Translations under genes and position numbers: made by a program | From: Kudoa neothunni | Taxonomy: Eukaryota; Animalia; Cnidaria | DNA: 64,000 bases | Assembly (NCBI GenBank): GCA_964304625.1 | Contig: OZ199838.1 | Coordinates: 5,294,145 to 5,358,144, forward strand | Reading direction: 5' to 3' | Notes under the pieces: generated by a model | Database searches by the model: none | Told to the model about the DNA's origin: nothing | The model's input: the letters and a program-made list of their open reading frames with translations, nothing else | In this document: in pieces, positions 39,591-54,563 of the stretch | How positions within the stretch are numbered: position 1 is the stretch's first letter | Layout of the letters: every line of letters starts with the position of its first letter

Positions 39591-40944
39591 ATGAAAATAT
39601 TGCAAAATAAAAATTCCACTTCAGAAAAACTTATATCGACGAAATCATTTTTTGAGAAATCTTCCTCTCTACCAAATATATTTTATAGAGATAAGGCAAA
39701 CAATGATCTTAAGATGGATTTAGTGTCTATTGTTGCCTTTGGTGGACTTGCATTGTCATTACTTGACAGGGAACACACGCTACGTAAATTCCTACCAAAA
39801 TATCGTTGGCTGTCTCGATCCTTGCCAGACAGTCGTTCATTGATAAAAAAGTACTTACCTATCTTGATTGAGCAGAATATTACTGCGATGAAGACGATTT
39901 TCCCCTATTATTGAAGATACGCCTGACTTTAAAAACAGGCCCTTGCTTAATATTTTGATATACTTTGTTAATACAATACTCAAAGAAAGAAGAATAATTA
40001 TGCTTGATTCTAAAATACTTAATGAATGTAAAGCTATAATAATTGCAAATGAAGCATCTGAATCATTACGTACGCATGAAATTAGCTGGGAAAATTGCAT
40101 GGCCATCGTATCGGATTCTTCGCCTTACATGAAGAAATATTTCAAAGGTGTATCGCTCATATATAACCATTATGTCCAAATACCTTGTTTTTCTCACTTA
40201 ATTCACTGTGCAGTAATAAAAATGATTGATTCAATTTTCCCAGCTGTAAAACAGTTGCTACTAGAATCTAAATATAATTGTATTTCAAAGTTCACCGCAA
40301 TGTTCGATCTGTCTTCCGCCTCGTTAGATAATATGTTGATTTATTTTAGACTTGTTGTTAAATCTCTTTCTCTATTATATGATTTCTCCCGTGGAGTCGA
40401 ATCAAACAGTTCTTTCGACGTCTCACACCTCTACGACTGGATGAGTTCAAGTTACAATTTAAACCAAGATGACGTACTAACAGTTGATAGCAATATTCTA
40501 TCATCTCCTCCTTTTGACAAAAAAGAGGAAATTATTGACAAAATGACAGAATTTCATAAATTTCTTGTTGAAAAACTTACAAATACAGTTCAAAAACAAA
40601 TTGAAGGCTGTTCCCCATCGAGTAGCTTTCCTACTTCAATGGACCCTATCAACTTCTCTATAATAAGCAACATTAACAACGTGAACATAAAAGATAGTGT
40701 GCCATTTGTTACCGCCAATAAAAAGGACGGATTACAAAATGAATGCGAATCATTATCTTATTTAAATAAAAATGATTTGATGGGCCGAGATTTGTCATCA
40801 ATTCCATCACCATCCATATCAGTTGAGAGAAGCTTCTCCAAATTAAAGCACGTATTCACTCGTGATAGAACAGACCTATTTATTGAAATATGTAGAATTC
40901 TTGCATTTATACATTCTAATGGTAGATTAAAAACGCAAAGTTAA
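39591..40944 (+). mobile_element. hAT-related transposase, frameshifted and internally deleted
   Basis: Intronless ORFs 39591-39914 and 39943-40944 with AIVSDSSPYM, IPCFSHLIH (CxxH) and the dimerisation-like IPSPSISVERSFSKLKHVFTRDR. Confidence 0.75.
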
Positions 40945-43900
40945 TTAATCATATATTTTGGAATTTAAAAATTGTTGTATTTTCCTTCATTTGCGTGTGC
41001 GCGAAGATGTGGAATAACGTCGATTTAAATCATCGAACGCTTCTAAAATAAACGTCTAAAAATACAGTTTCTAGTTAAAAACAACATTAAAATTGATAAG
41101 ATTTAATTTTATCATCGATAAAACTCCTAAAAACAAATAAAATTCTAATATCATTGCGAGCCATCCCGGAAATATGAGGGATTTAATTTTTGAGATTGAC
41201 GAAATTGTTAAAAGATATATAAAATAATTGTTATAAATATACAATAATAATTTTAAATTCATTTTACGTATTATTTTCTGTTGAATAAAAAATATAGGAG
41301 CTGTATATCTCAATTAATTTTAGGTAACTTCCAACAATCTTTTTATAATTATTTGACTCAAATATGTTAAATTTTAAAAATCATAATTTTAGACGGAATG
41401 GTTGCTTTTTAAATGGAATTTAGATTTTTCTAGAAGCATTAATACCGGTCAGGGAGACAACACGAAATCGTGTTAACTTGTCATTTACTAATACATTTTA
41501 AATATTCGCGAATACATTCGCATATTTTTGCCACCTTTCTTATTCAAGCCAGATTTCAGAATTAAAAAGCTCAATCGTTTTAATTAACATGGATAGCTTA
41601 AAACTAAGTTTTTGTTAAAATCTGTGAAGGAGAAATCTAAAATTATTTTAAAAAATTTACCGAAACCAATACGATACTCAAATAACTAATACAATAAAGT
41701 ATTAATCAATATAAAATAAACTTCCTTGTATCCGGGAGCGATACTTTCGTGAGTTATTGCAGTTAATGGAAAATGCCACAAAATTTCGATTTCAATGGTA
41801 AAATTTTATAGTCTGAAGTAATCGTGAGGTTGATCCGCTGGGATTAGCAATAACATACGTCATCGTGCGGAATCTGAATGTTGTGTGGAAACATTATTTA
41901 AACCAACGATTTCTATCAAAGCTATGTATTTTTTATTGTTATTTCTCTTCTTATTTGTAAAATCGTTAAAGTCTTAGATAGTAAATTAGAAAAGTAATAA
42001 AGGAAGCATTTTTTGCATGATACATGAGAATAGGCAATTTTATGTGAAAATAATAATTTTATTCGTCAAAGAGCTGGCAGATTTACAAGTCTTGGAATAA
42101 TTAGTCATGTTTTATTTTATATATACTTTATTTATCGTATTCTTATCGCAAAACTGGAAAAGCTTCAAAAACAATTTTCTGTCATTGATATATCCTACAT
42201 TACACCATGATAGAATTTAAATTTTACAAATGTAATTTAACATTTATTAAAAGTAAAGTTTTATTTAGTTTATAAATTTTTTCAAGATTGAATTTTGCAC
42301 AATTTAAGAAATTCTACACAATTTATAAATAAGATTCACCTCCTTCATTTACGAATAATTTTACTTTACTTTTTATAATTAACAAATTTAAATATTACCC
42401 ACAAAATTTCTACAAGAAAAATGACATGTAAACATTGATTCATATTGAATGCACTAATTTAGAGTATATTATTTTAAAGTGTCATCGAATAAAATATCAA
42501 TCTTAAATATGTGTGACCGAGGGAGAAAAAATAATTTTTTATCACATACCGTGTGACATTTATAGCATGCATGATGCACCATGAATGCTAGTCGACTGCT
42601 AAATTCCTTATTACAATAATCCAGTTAGAAGTCACAAGATTAAGAATTTTTAATCAGAAAAATATATTAAAGAATGAAAAATCAAATAATTTGGGGGAAG
42701 TTTGTTAATTCATATTTTTAATGTTAATTTTAATTTTTTCAAAATATTACAGAGGATAACAATGGGTTTACCGTCTTACTAATTTATACAAGATTTTCGT
42801 TACGAACTTAAACACTCTGCGGCAATTCGATTTATATCACTTTTTACGAACGTTTTTACAATGGAAAAATTTCAGCATATTGATTTTAGTTTGAATTAGT
42901 TTTATGCCGCATATTAAATTTTTGAATTGGAATAAAATACTGCAATTCTCAGAGTGAAGCACATTAAATGGTTAAAGACTACATAGACTCGATGAAATTT
43001 GATTTTTTAGATGAGACCTCCATTTGAGTATATAAAGGAAAATTATTAATTAATAAAGAATTATCAGACATTTCGTTAATTTAATACACGTTGAGGAGGC
43101 AGAACCACACAATTGCAAAAATTATTTAATCCGTTAATTCTAATGTTTAAATCTTAATACCTATTGGTAGATAATATAATAACATAATTTTTGTTCAATT
43201 AAAAAATTGGAAAACACGACTACTAACAAAGTTAAAATATGAATAATAAAAAAATAAAACTATCTATTTCTTACTGCATATAAATTAGAGCATGCGTAAT
43301 CCGGCCTGCACAAAACAACTTTTATTTTGGGGTTGATCAAAATATTTTACATACCTCAGCCAGATTAAAAATGAATGATTTTTTAGATTGTAGTATTCAT
43401 AATTTATTTGTGACATTTGCTCTTAATTCCGCAATACTAATCCTAAATGGGGCGCATGAGCGCGCAATTCTGACCTAATCGCAAACTGTAGATGTTAATA
43501 ATTACTAGTCGCCTTTTATTGAAAGTCTATTTAATTTGTTTTTCTTCTTGCTCTTAAGAAGGTGAAATCTGTCGATTTCAGTTAAATTAGTTTAACTGGA
43601 TTAAGGTCATTTGTTCAAGCCTAGACACTCCTTTTAATAAATATTGGAGATTATATTTTGAGATCATAGCAACTGAGTATTAAAGCCAATGTTAATATGA
43701 TGTGACTGATGTAGTTTTCAGCAATCATTAATCTTAAAATCATCACTTATGCCAAACTTATTAAACCCCAAGTTAACTTCAAAGTAGTCAGGTCTGAGTC
43801 AATCAAATTAGAATAAATTTTTTTGAGTAAAAAAAAATTCTCCTTTAATTAAAAGGTCTTAATTATTAAAATTAAAAATTTGTATACACTCGGTTATTGG

Positions 43901-44099
43901 GTTTGTTGTCTCAACTATTAAATGTATTGATGAACATATAAAGCATCAAATAATGACCAAAAAAGGACTTACTACCTGGACTGAAAGTTACGATGGATGT
44001 TTATATAGATGTCGGGGCAATATCTATGACAAAATCCGAAAAATTTTGCAAGTTTGATTACTGTTTAAAAAGGGAATTAAACCAAAATAATAGCTGGCA

Positions 44100-45100
44100 A
44101 TTTTAATCGAGTTATGTGAAATTGTTTTATCGTAGCTATCCATTTTGATCATCATCAACAATACTATCGTATTCATCAACAACCCCACATATTTATCTTC
44201 ATGATATACATTACATTGTCAAATTAACTTAAGCTATCTCTATTAAGATTCATTTGTATCTATTAAAGAAGGTGCCAATCGGATTATATGAATAATTAAT
44301 ACAAAGATATGTCATTAGCAAGAATTAGTGACGACTTTGAATGTTGCGAGAATGGGGGTGTTGACAATAGAATAGGATTCTGTCACATTGTGCTCAATAG
44401 TTGGCACCAATTTAAAATCTAAACAAAAGTCTATAGAGATTTGGAAGCCAATCCGATTTCAATAATATTCCTCAAGGAATATATTAATTTAAGTAGATAT
44501 AACTAGGTTGTGTATTATTGTTGAGTGAGTTATTGTGGGAGATAGACTATTTTGAGATTTGGGCCAAAATGCAGTGTTATTGTTAGTAGATAATTATTTG
44601 ATGAAAGTAATACGGTTGTTGTTTGTGCTAAATTCAAACATAGCCTAAATGGATAATATCTCACAGCGAATAATCCTTCACTAACAATTGATAATTTTAA
44701 AATATTCGTTTAAAAATTAATTGAAAAAATCGTGATTGTCAAACCTGTCTAGGTTGTACAAAATCGAATGGTTGGTGATATTAATTTAATGATTAGTTTG
44801 TTATTGTAGCAATGTGTCACAGGGTTATATGAAGTTAATTCTCTTGATGATTATAGACCAAATAATCCATATAGATAATAGGGCTATAGTTGTTAGTTGG
44901 TGTGATATACACATCGAAGTTGTGAATAAAATTCAAGTATTAAGTTTTTGGTAATGTGGTAGGTATAGTTGGTGGTTTCGCAGCAATAGTTCTACACACT
45001 GAATACGTTGATTCAGTGTTGTATCTGTAGATTGAAGCTGCTGACACTGAGGAAATATTTCATTTACACATATTTCTATACTGATTAAAACCTAACCTCT
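44100..45100 (-). pseudogene. Possible pogo/Tigger (DDE_1) transposase relic
   Basis: Minus-strand fragments ILYNLD (about 44750) and GPNLKIVYLP (about 44530-44565) resemble pogo IYNxDETG and xxxFLPPN motifs. Heavily decayed. Confidence 0.3.
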
Positions 45101-46604
45101 TTCAACTTTTCACCACCCACAATCAACCAATTATTACATGTTATTATATGTGTGATTCGACTAACAACCATTTCGAATAGATATATCGTTTAACTAGGCA
45201 ACAGAAAAATTGCCTACCAAACACAAATCAATTATGTATTACATTGATACAACCATATTCAACAAAACCAAACATGAATATATCCATCATTATAAATATT
45301 TAAAAAAAGGTCTGGAGATCGCCACTACTACCAGTTTACCGCTGAAAATTGGGCAATTTTGTTATGTGAAAATCAAAGGTATTGAAACACTCTACATAGT
45401 GCAAATTCAAAAAATCCTGTCCCAATCCCAATCCTCTAAAGAATATGGATGTAAAAATCATCAAAAATTGGTCATCCAAAAAAAGCAACAAAAAAATGAA
45501 CCAACAATTCCTAAGCGACCCCGAAAAAAAATTACAAACCAACCCAAATTCACCTACACAACATCTAGTGGAAGGGTGGTCGCTTCTAGGAGCTATTCTT
45601 CCCTCATTTTAACTGACGATGATCCGCAACCATCTCCTTCTATCATCAACAAAAATAAAACAATTCTCTTGGAGCATCATGAAAAATTGAAAAATCATGG
45701 AAAGAAATTTGAGAAACTTTTCTCCAACAATAATCTCTACTTACTCAAACTACTCATACGAAAGCAACAACTATGTGTCCAACCAACCAAAAGAAGACTT
45801 GAACATGTGTCTCAGGTAATCCTGTTATTATTTAATATTTATTAGAAAAATATTTTTGATTAAATAAATTTATTTTTATGGAATATTAATTCAAAAATTC
45901 AGGAATTAATGTAAAATATTCGTTCACGTAATATACTTTACTGCCTAAAAAGAGGTTAGTTTTAACCTTTGTTAAACTCCAACTCAGTCTTATATCTAAG
46001 TCTTTTTAATTGTTAAATACTTGTTATTTAGTTCTTTTGAATTAATTCTGATTATAATTTAAACAAAAAAATTTTAGAGGGAGATTATTAAAACTATTTA
46101 TTGTTCTTTATAATTTCTATTATGATATTTATTATTAAAGTCTTAATTTATAAGATTTCTATTAAATTCTTATATAAAAGTAGGAAATTTTTAAATTTTT
46201 AAAACAATATTAGCGGTAATAAAACTTTGATTACAATACATTATTGATTCTCTAAAAAAACATTTCCAACCATCGGAGATGAGCAGTGATGAGAGATGGA
46301 TAAATTTATTTAAAATCTAATGAAATGCTAGGGCAATTTTGGCCCTTCTTCTTTGTCATTATTTCTATGCTTTTTCTAGATTTTGAATAGCATTTATGCA
46401 GCTTAGGTTTGGTTTCGGGAAACTATCTTCAGTTGGTACCAAGATGGAAATAATTTAATCTCTGCGTAGCCGTTGAATTTATTAATTGCAAGTGGACTTT
46501 ATTTTAATTAAATTTCTAATAAAAACAATAATACATTACGCCCCTATGCCATACAATCGTTTGTTGAATAAACTTACATTAATCCTCCTCGTCATCGTTC
46601 GACG

Positions 46605-47170
46605 CAGCGTTGCCAACCGCGTCCGATTTCGGATAAATCAGCTCAAAATTGTCCGATTTTTATTCTTGTCTGTAGAAAGACTGAATAATCGCAAAATAAT
46701 GTTTTAAAGGCGGAAACTTACTATAAATTCACAAAAAATGGAATTTAGTCGTTGTTGATTTCATTACGATAAATTTTCTAGTAGATAATGTTATACACGG
46801 AACAAAGCTTTATTTCAAATTAAAATGCCTGCGATAAAAGTTAACCAAAGGGAAGTTACAATTATACATTGTAATAATTCTTAAAACCCGCATAGTACAA
46901 AATTTTGAGGCCAAAAAACATGCCAACAATTTATGAAAAGAATCACATTTTTAAAGGTTATGCTCCTGTTAAGATCAACATTTTGGATTTTTTTATCATT
47001 ATTATTGATATGCCAGTCTTTTCGTGATCCATGATCATAAACCATTTGGAAATTATCACGAAGCATTTTTTGTGTTGGAATTCTGAATGCTTGAATTTTA
47101 AAAAGACTACGATGTTGGTGATATCCAATGTCAAGTTATCATTAAAAGCGTTTGTTACCAAATTTCAAGG
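46605..47170 (-). pseudogene. Possible P-element/THAP9-like transposase relic
   Basis: Terminus-like cagcgttgccaac at 46605 (similar to tggcaaccctg at 34268). Fragments FVIISKWFMIMD and FWPQNFVL. Confidence 0.3.
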
Positions 47171-49214
47171 AGATTCTAATTTTAGTTAAAACCTAAATAA
47201 ATTAATATTTAACTAAATATTATCTACTTGACTAATTTTCCCTAATTTTAATGAATGAATAGTCGTACATAAAAATATAACCTCATCTAGGCATAGTTGT
47301 TACGTTTTATTCAAAAATCGAACGAAAGACTGTATACAATTGTTTGTAATTAAAAGAACTGAACAAACTCAAAAACAAAATTTGTTCATTAAATTATCAG
47401 TAATCGCCTTTTTGAGCATTGTTTAACGGTAAAATAATTTTACTTCCATCTGAAAATATAGCACATCTTTACTTTAAATAACTCTGGTTAACGCTTTTCC
47501 GGAAAGAATATTTTCTTTTCTGGAAATATCGAAAATATCGGAAGAAAAAGAATCTTGTGCTGCATATTAGATGATCTTGTTCGAATGAGGACATTTTTCA
47601 ACACATCGACTAAATGATGATATAAATTTAAAGTTTCTATCATTTATTTCTTTACAAATATTTTGGTTATATAAGATAATTTCACATAAGTTGAGCAATT
47701 ATTATTATTATAAAAGATATTTTTATAATAATATGTATTTTAATGGATACAGTCTCTTTAAAAGAACATGCAATGATTCACAGTTCTCTCATCATATAAA
47801 ATATTAACTTTATTTTCTAAAAGTATTGAATAAATATTCTTTAATTATTAAGCCAAAATAATTTTCTCCATATAATAGTTGATATTAAATTTATAAATTT
47901 AACCAAAAAATTACATTACAATATATTAAAAATTCCAAACAATAATTGGGCTATACATAATGAAGACAGCAGAAAAATAAAATCATCTCTAGATAACATT
48001 TCGTACATTCATTCATTAAGAATTATCGTGTCCAATTTCAGGAACGAGCATGTTAAATATAATATTACTTATTCATTACATCATTGCGATAAAAAAACCC
48101 CATCTAAAAAAACGTACCTCGGTCAATTTAATCAACTTTAATAGCTTCTTTCTCGTGTGATAAGCTATTCGACAAACAAATAAAAGGTGATAAATTTTTA
48201 CAAATCCAATTTCTTTATTACTTTTTTCCTAGGTATATCGTATGTCATTATGTTAATTTTTACGAAAGAATTAACTTCGGATAATCTTTTAAATTTATAT
48301 AATCGGTAAAAAACGATATTTTAAGAAAATATTTTTCATCTTTGTTGTCTATTATTTAGTTTTATTATTATTCGCTTTGAATGTTATCTCATATTATTTT
48401 CGTACATCTTTCACATTATTTTGAGCTAAAGTATATGTATCAATAGAACTGTGTTCAATTTTTTAACGAAACACTAAGAAAAAAATTACGTTAATAATGT
48501 GAATGATCGTATAATTGTCCTTGGTCCCATCGAGAGTAGCGATGATTCGGATAAAATTTACCATAACATATTCAAAGGTAGCAATTGTATCTGCAACTTG
48601 TAATGAGATGTTGCGTGAATTAAAAGTTTATCAGTGCATATAACATTTAAGATTAAAGTTAACACGATCAAATAACAATCTTTTTGATATTATTTGTAGT
48701 GACCCTGCTTGATTTTTGCTGCGCTTTATAAATAGTTCGAATTTTAAGAAAAGGGATAAATCATTTAAGTATGCTTATTAAGTATCACTAAAAATAGTTA
48801 GGTGAGTGCAACTATTTCTTTAGATTTGGAATTTTTTATAAATTTCCATTTCAGACGCCCAAAATAACATAAAAAATTGGAACTAAATAATTTAGACAGA
48901 CACGATATAATACCTACTTGATAATATGGAATTAACAAATTTGTTTAATACCAGTTTTTGAAAGTTGTTGAATTTCTTTCATATACATTAATTATCAACT
49001 TTTTTTAATAATTATAAAAGATTTTCCACCGTTAATCATCTTGTATTAAGTTTTTGAATGTATTAGTAGTAGAAAAATTATGATTGGAATACATTCTAAT
49101 AACTGATGGAAATTTAGGAGATTCTTTTTCATTTATTATGTTTGTGTATTTTTCTCAAATTTTAATATGTCACTAAAAATAACACATGAGTACGTTTAAC
49201 GCACTAGCGTAGAA

Positions 49215-49892
49215 CAGTGTTCCCAACGTGGGGCGCGGAAATATTTTGGAGGGGCATGGAAATTTTTGAAGGTTTAATAAACCGCTCTGGTGGGATGCGG
49301 AAAATCCTAAGCTTTGGTGTGTCACGGATAATAATGAGATAATTGGGCAGTATGACGTACATTGAATTCAATATCGCTTATTTATAAGTGGAAATTAATA
49401 TCATGGAACATAAAAAAAGCAACGACTATTGCTATTGTGTGGAAATTAATAAAAAAATTTAGCGTGTCCTTCACCCGAATGGAATGGAAATGGTTTGAAT
49501 CTCGATATTGTCTCATTTAGAATCGTATATCCTCCTTTTGATTTAACCCAATATAATATTGATTAATTTTCAATATTGACAATTTATTTTTAGTTTAAAA
49601 ACCTCTTATACACAAAAGTCTTTCCTAGTGAAGATTGAATTATCCCAAGTTTCACTTGATGCTGTCTTCGACGGACTGAACAACTAAATATGTTAATTTT
49701 TGAGGTCCATCGATAAATTAAGTTATATCTTGCCGAACACATTTTAATTTTAATGAGAAAAGAAATATAAATTAATTACTTTCAAATCTTGATATGACAG
49801 AGAGCAAATATTCAAAGTTATGAACAATTTAAGTTAAAAAATTAATACTTTTTAAAAAGTTGGGCGCGATAGAAAAAAGGTTGGGAACATTG
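49215..49892. mobile_element. hAT (Buster-type) MITE
   Basis: Perfect 8-bp TSD gcgtagaa (49207-49214 and 49893-49900). TIR cagtgttcccaac / gttgggaacattg. Confidence 0.88.
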
Positions 49893-50038
49893 GCGTAGAA
49901 GTTTCTTGTTGAATTAAACTCTACTAGAGATAGGGGACATTCAACGTTTATTAATGAGATAAAAGCGAAATAAATATTCCATAATTAACATAGAAAATTG
50001 ATGAATAATTTTATTTCGTAAACAACGATATTTTTTAG

Positions 50039-50990
50039 AATGAATTATTGGAATCAAACTCTCATTTGATGGTGCCTGAAAATATGCTCATAATGTGGAT
50101 GATAGATTCGCTAACCAATAACAATGAACATTTGGATGCTGTCTCTCAGTTAACTACATTTGCAGAGATATGTTCTTATATCACGAACAAAATCAGCAGA
50201 TACATCCTTATTTTGACTCCATATATTTTCACGAAATATTATTCGAGCTATTTGGCCGCTATTAACAGCAGAAAATGTCAGGTTCATAGCGTGATTCCGT
50301 CACTATTTGACAACGATACCAATAATCAAATAAGTATGTTGTTTCTTGATATTTTTTTAAATTTACTCCTAATCGGTAGAAAAATTTGATAGTTTTGAGA
50401 ATTATTTAAAGATCGGGACAAAAAAAACATTAAGGAAAACATTTCATCAATTTCTCCTGTTGGACACCATAAAATTATACAGAATTATTCGAGATCCATT
50501 TTTGGGTAATGTTTTAATCCTGTATTTTTGCCATTCGGTTGTTTGTAATTAACACTTATTATATCGAGTCATAGTCTATCCATGTATAAGCACGTATATA
50601 ACCGACATTTTAGTTACGAATACAATCCCTATTTCTTTATCTGATTTAAACCAACTTCCAAAAATCAATAGCGCTTATGTGGTTGGATTTTGTCGTAATA
50701 CGTTCGCTATGAATGGGCTATTAAACCCTAAAAATTGGAAAAGCAATCCTTTCCATGTGGATAAAGAAGTCGATTTTCAAGGTATATTTTTTTTGCAATA
50801 TCGTACTTTCCTTAATGTATATTTTCGTTTTATTCCACCCAATGGTGTTTGTTAATATTTATTACTTTGAAGCTTAATTTTAGTGTTTTGCTGAATCAAT
50901 TAGATGTTGATATTTTTTGTATAATCGAAATAAAAAATATATATTGTTTTCATAGCCATTGTTAACAGCATATATCAATCACCTGATTAA
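50039..50990 (+). CDS. 3' exons of an unidentified protein-coding gene (5' exons probably within 47400-48800)
   Basis: Exons join in frame across GT-AG introns: ..FDNDTNNQI|KKFDSFENYLK..IIRDPFL|VTNTIPISLSDL..DKEVDFQ|AIVNSIYQSPD*. Confidence 0.6.
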
Positions 50991-51266
50991 ATATAACGTG
51001 CAAGTAGAGGATTCACTTTATGGGTCGATTATATGATAGTTGTGTTTGTTTGCGAGGTCATTTTAAGCTGAAAAAATTTGTAGAAACAACATACACCCTT
51101 TCACAATGTTGTTGACACTTTTAACTTGATTTAAATCTAATTGTTTTGCTATTTTACAACAGCATGCTAAGATAATGTTGTATTATACCATTTTGGATTC
51201 ATATCGGTAGGATTATATAATAGCTAAATTAAAGCATGGTGCTATATCTATCCACCAAATTTTACC

Positions 51267-51300
51267 ACATACATACATACATACATACATGTATGTATGC
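51267..51300. repeat. (ACAT)6 microsatellite abutting its inverted copy
   Basis: acatacatacatacatacatacat followed by gtatgtatgc. Confidence 0.85.
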
Positions 51301-51976
51301 ATGCATTGTATAATCAAGATAATTATTTTATTGCTTGTGTTTGGTTGATCAAATTAGGCTAGTTATATTTGTTTCAATAATACTTTATTTGTCTATTCAT
51401 ACCAGAAAGAAGACGAGTTCGCTATTTATCACGACGATTAAATATTTGTATTAGATGTATTGTCAACTATGTGGATTAACGAGATTCTCCAAATCAACAC
51501 TTACTATTACTGAAAATTTATTTATTAGGATAATTCATACTGTTTAAATCTCTTTAATCATTATTCTTTTAATTTGGCTACATATTTCTACCAGGAATCA
51601 ATAAACCTATTTTTAATTCTCTTCTGAAGTGGATTTGAATCGAATCCAAGTGGCTTCCACATCATTATGCAAGCTGTTAAAAACTAATTAATTTATTAAC
51701 TCCAATATTACAATAGTTATTAACCATAATCACCATATATCATCTTCAATGATACTCAAAATATATATTATATATATTCATGTATAACACGTATTTGTAG
51801 TATATTGTAATACAAATTTGAATGATTGTTAATACGTTAATATTGGGCATCAACTTAGATATTCAAATCCTACTCAACAAACTATTATATCAGTTATATT
51901 AAATATGTGATATCACTTGTTCAGCGAATATATTATATAAGTTGGATATTTCTACGGAATAGTCATTATAATAGTT

Positions 51977-54563
51977 ATGAGTTATATGAGACTTTTTACT
52001 AGCGAATTTGACGGTAAGTATTTATCTTCATTAGAATATATGTTTGAGATGTTGGAGTAAACAACATCATATTGATAATTTATTGGTTATTCTGGCATAT
52101 CTCAACTATAGATTTATGTTGTTAACTTGAGTAATGAAAATTAGATAGTTTTGATATAAAGCTACCCAAGTATTATACATCAAATGGTGTATAATAATGG
52201 GATATATGTCAAAATTTAATAAATTTATACAGAAATATTCAATCATTCCCCTACATCTAACCCTTAATCTTCACCTTAGCTGATTCGATGCCATTTTTCA
52301 CATTCTTCATTTAGGTGGTATTTACAATTCTCAAATTTCCACTTCTTGCTTGGATTCTTATCTTTCGTCTCTGGAGCACTGCACTAATCAATATCTGATG
52401 AACCCCTCACAAAACAAAGAGCTGAACAACAGCCAACAAATAAATCAAAAGATGACTAACAACAATTTGCTTAGCAACCCTTGTAACCAACACCAAATCA
52501 ACATATACACCAATCCGGCTGATAATATCAATGTGATAAATAACACCGCCAGCATTGCTGCTAACAACAAAGTCAGCAGTACTAGCTCGGTCGACCTGAT
52601 CAATAATGGCGGTTCGAACGCCCATCTGAATAATATTATCAATCAGCTCAATCAGTCTATCGCAAAAACCCAAAAAATTATGCAAGTCAATTCTACCAAT
52701 GGTAACTCTAGGGGTTGCTACAGTGATGGACGATGTGGTGCTAAAAATAGCAAACAATCATCAACATATGCTCCATCCAATAGAAAAAAGTAACCTATTC
52801 GATCTACTCTACATTTGATGCAACGACCATTTATGTTCTTTTGTAGGGCTCTTGTAGATGCACCACTTAGTGACTGCCATGAGTTAGCAGCCCAAAACAC
52901 AAGCGATCTTTCAAATATAACCAACAAGGTAGCATCCTACGATTATCATACGTACGTCTTAGTTGAAACATTCGATGTAGATTGTTTCACGCTGGGCTTC
53001 TGAGGCCGAATTCGATAGCGAATATGCCCGGTTTGTTAACAAAGGAGAGACTTATATCGCAAAAGTTCCTGTTATAGGTTTTGTTCCAAGTAACAAACTC
53101 ATCGGCCCTACTTTTAGTTTATGTTTATCATGTAGTTAATTTATACAAAATGTTTCTAAGTGTTATTAAGCTTGGCGGATACAAAAAAGTATATTGTTTA
53201 ACGATGTTTAACGATGCTTAACTTAGTATTTATTTTCTGCTGTTAGGTGACTCGAGAGCATAAATGGAAGTCGGTATTTTTTGCTCTCAACCCCAAATCT
53301 GAAATAACTAACGCTACAACATGTACCAGGCGTCATTACGAAAAGTAACCCCATATGCTGTGTTAATTTCTTTTCATTTACTCTCAACAATAGATTATTA
53401 TATGCGTTTGAACAATACATTTGCAATCTATACAAAAATCAACCATATCCTAAAATGTCATCCGGGGGCACAATGCCACATTTTCTGCCAGCCTACAGAA
53501 GCATGGATTACAGTTATGGCAGTTTTTCGTCAGATTACATAGACAGCAGTTTCGGTTTATATACAGATGGAAACGTTGTCCATTCGGACCAACCTCTTTG
53601 TATTCCCGAGAAGAACTCTTTCAGTATAGACAACATTCTTTATAACAACAAAAATACCAATGAACCATTATCCGATGTACAACGCAAAACAAACAAGCCA
53701 CAAAATGTTGCCTCATACCCATCCAATGAGATGGTTAACTCGGGAAAACCTTATGCTATTGAGAATCGCATTCCAAGCATGTCACCGTCATTCAATTCTC
53801 AGCATGTTAATAATGTCAACTTCAATGGCAAAAAACACCTCTAATAATAACGATGTGACTAACATGTTGTCATTTCTAAACATTTATCCATTACAATCGA
53901 TACAAAATCAACATTTCTCTAACAACTCTTTTCCCGGTTATGCGAGTTTGTCTGAAGACAATATAATGAATTTTCAGCCAACACAATCAGCGAAACCAAA
54001 CAATTACCCCTCTATTGGTGATTTGGCCAACTTTAACGAATACAGCACTGCCTTAATTGACAAATTTAATAAAACATACTTTTCGGCAGCTGGTGCTGGT
54101 ATCCCAGCTGAATCGACCAACTATGACAATATGGGAAATGATCAGCACGCCAATCCATTACCCCCACCTGAAAGAAGGAAAGAGAAATCATATGCTGATG
54201 CAACGCCTTCTGCTGAAGATTTTAACAGCGCAAAGATGGCCTCTTTGTATTCCTCTCTCTATGGATCTTCTGTTGGATCGATACATCAAAACAATTATCC
54301 AAGTAGTTGAGTTGCGTTGTAGTTGATATTATAATATTATTTTAGTTATGAAAAATATGAATTCCTCCCAATTTTCATTAAACAATTCATCAATTCCTTT
54401 AAATTTCTCTATTACCCCATCCAACACCATCCATGAATTTAACCAATCTAATTCCAACAATGGTACTCAGCAATTCCAGTCAAACAACCAAAACAATTTA
54501 AGGCAGAATTTTCAAAATACTACAAAAAAATGTTTAGAAGATAACTTTACAAAGAATAAATAA
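51977..54563 (+). CDS. ARID5: ARID5-subfamily AT-rich interaction domain transcription factor with N/Q/S-rich flanks; one apparent 1-bp insertion
   Basis: Spliced ARID domain EAEFDSEYARFVNKGETYIAKVPVIGFVPINLYKMFLSVIKLGGYKKVTREHKWKSVF..ITNATTCTRRHYEKLLYAFEQY contains the ARID5-type AxTCTRRHYE. The start exon at 51977 is tentative. Confidence 0.82.
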
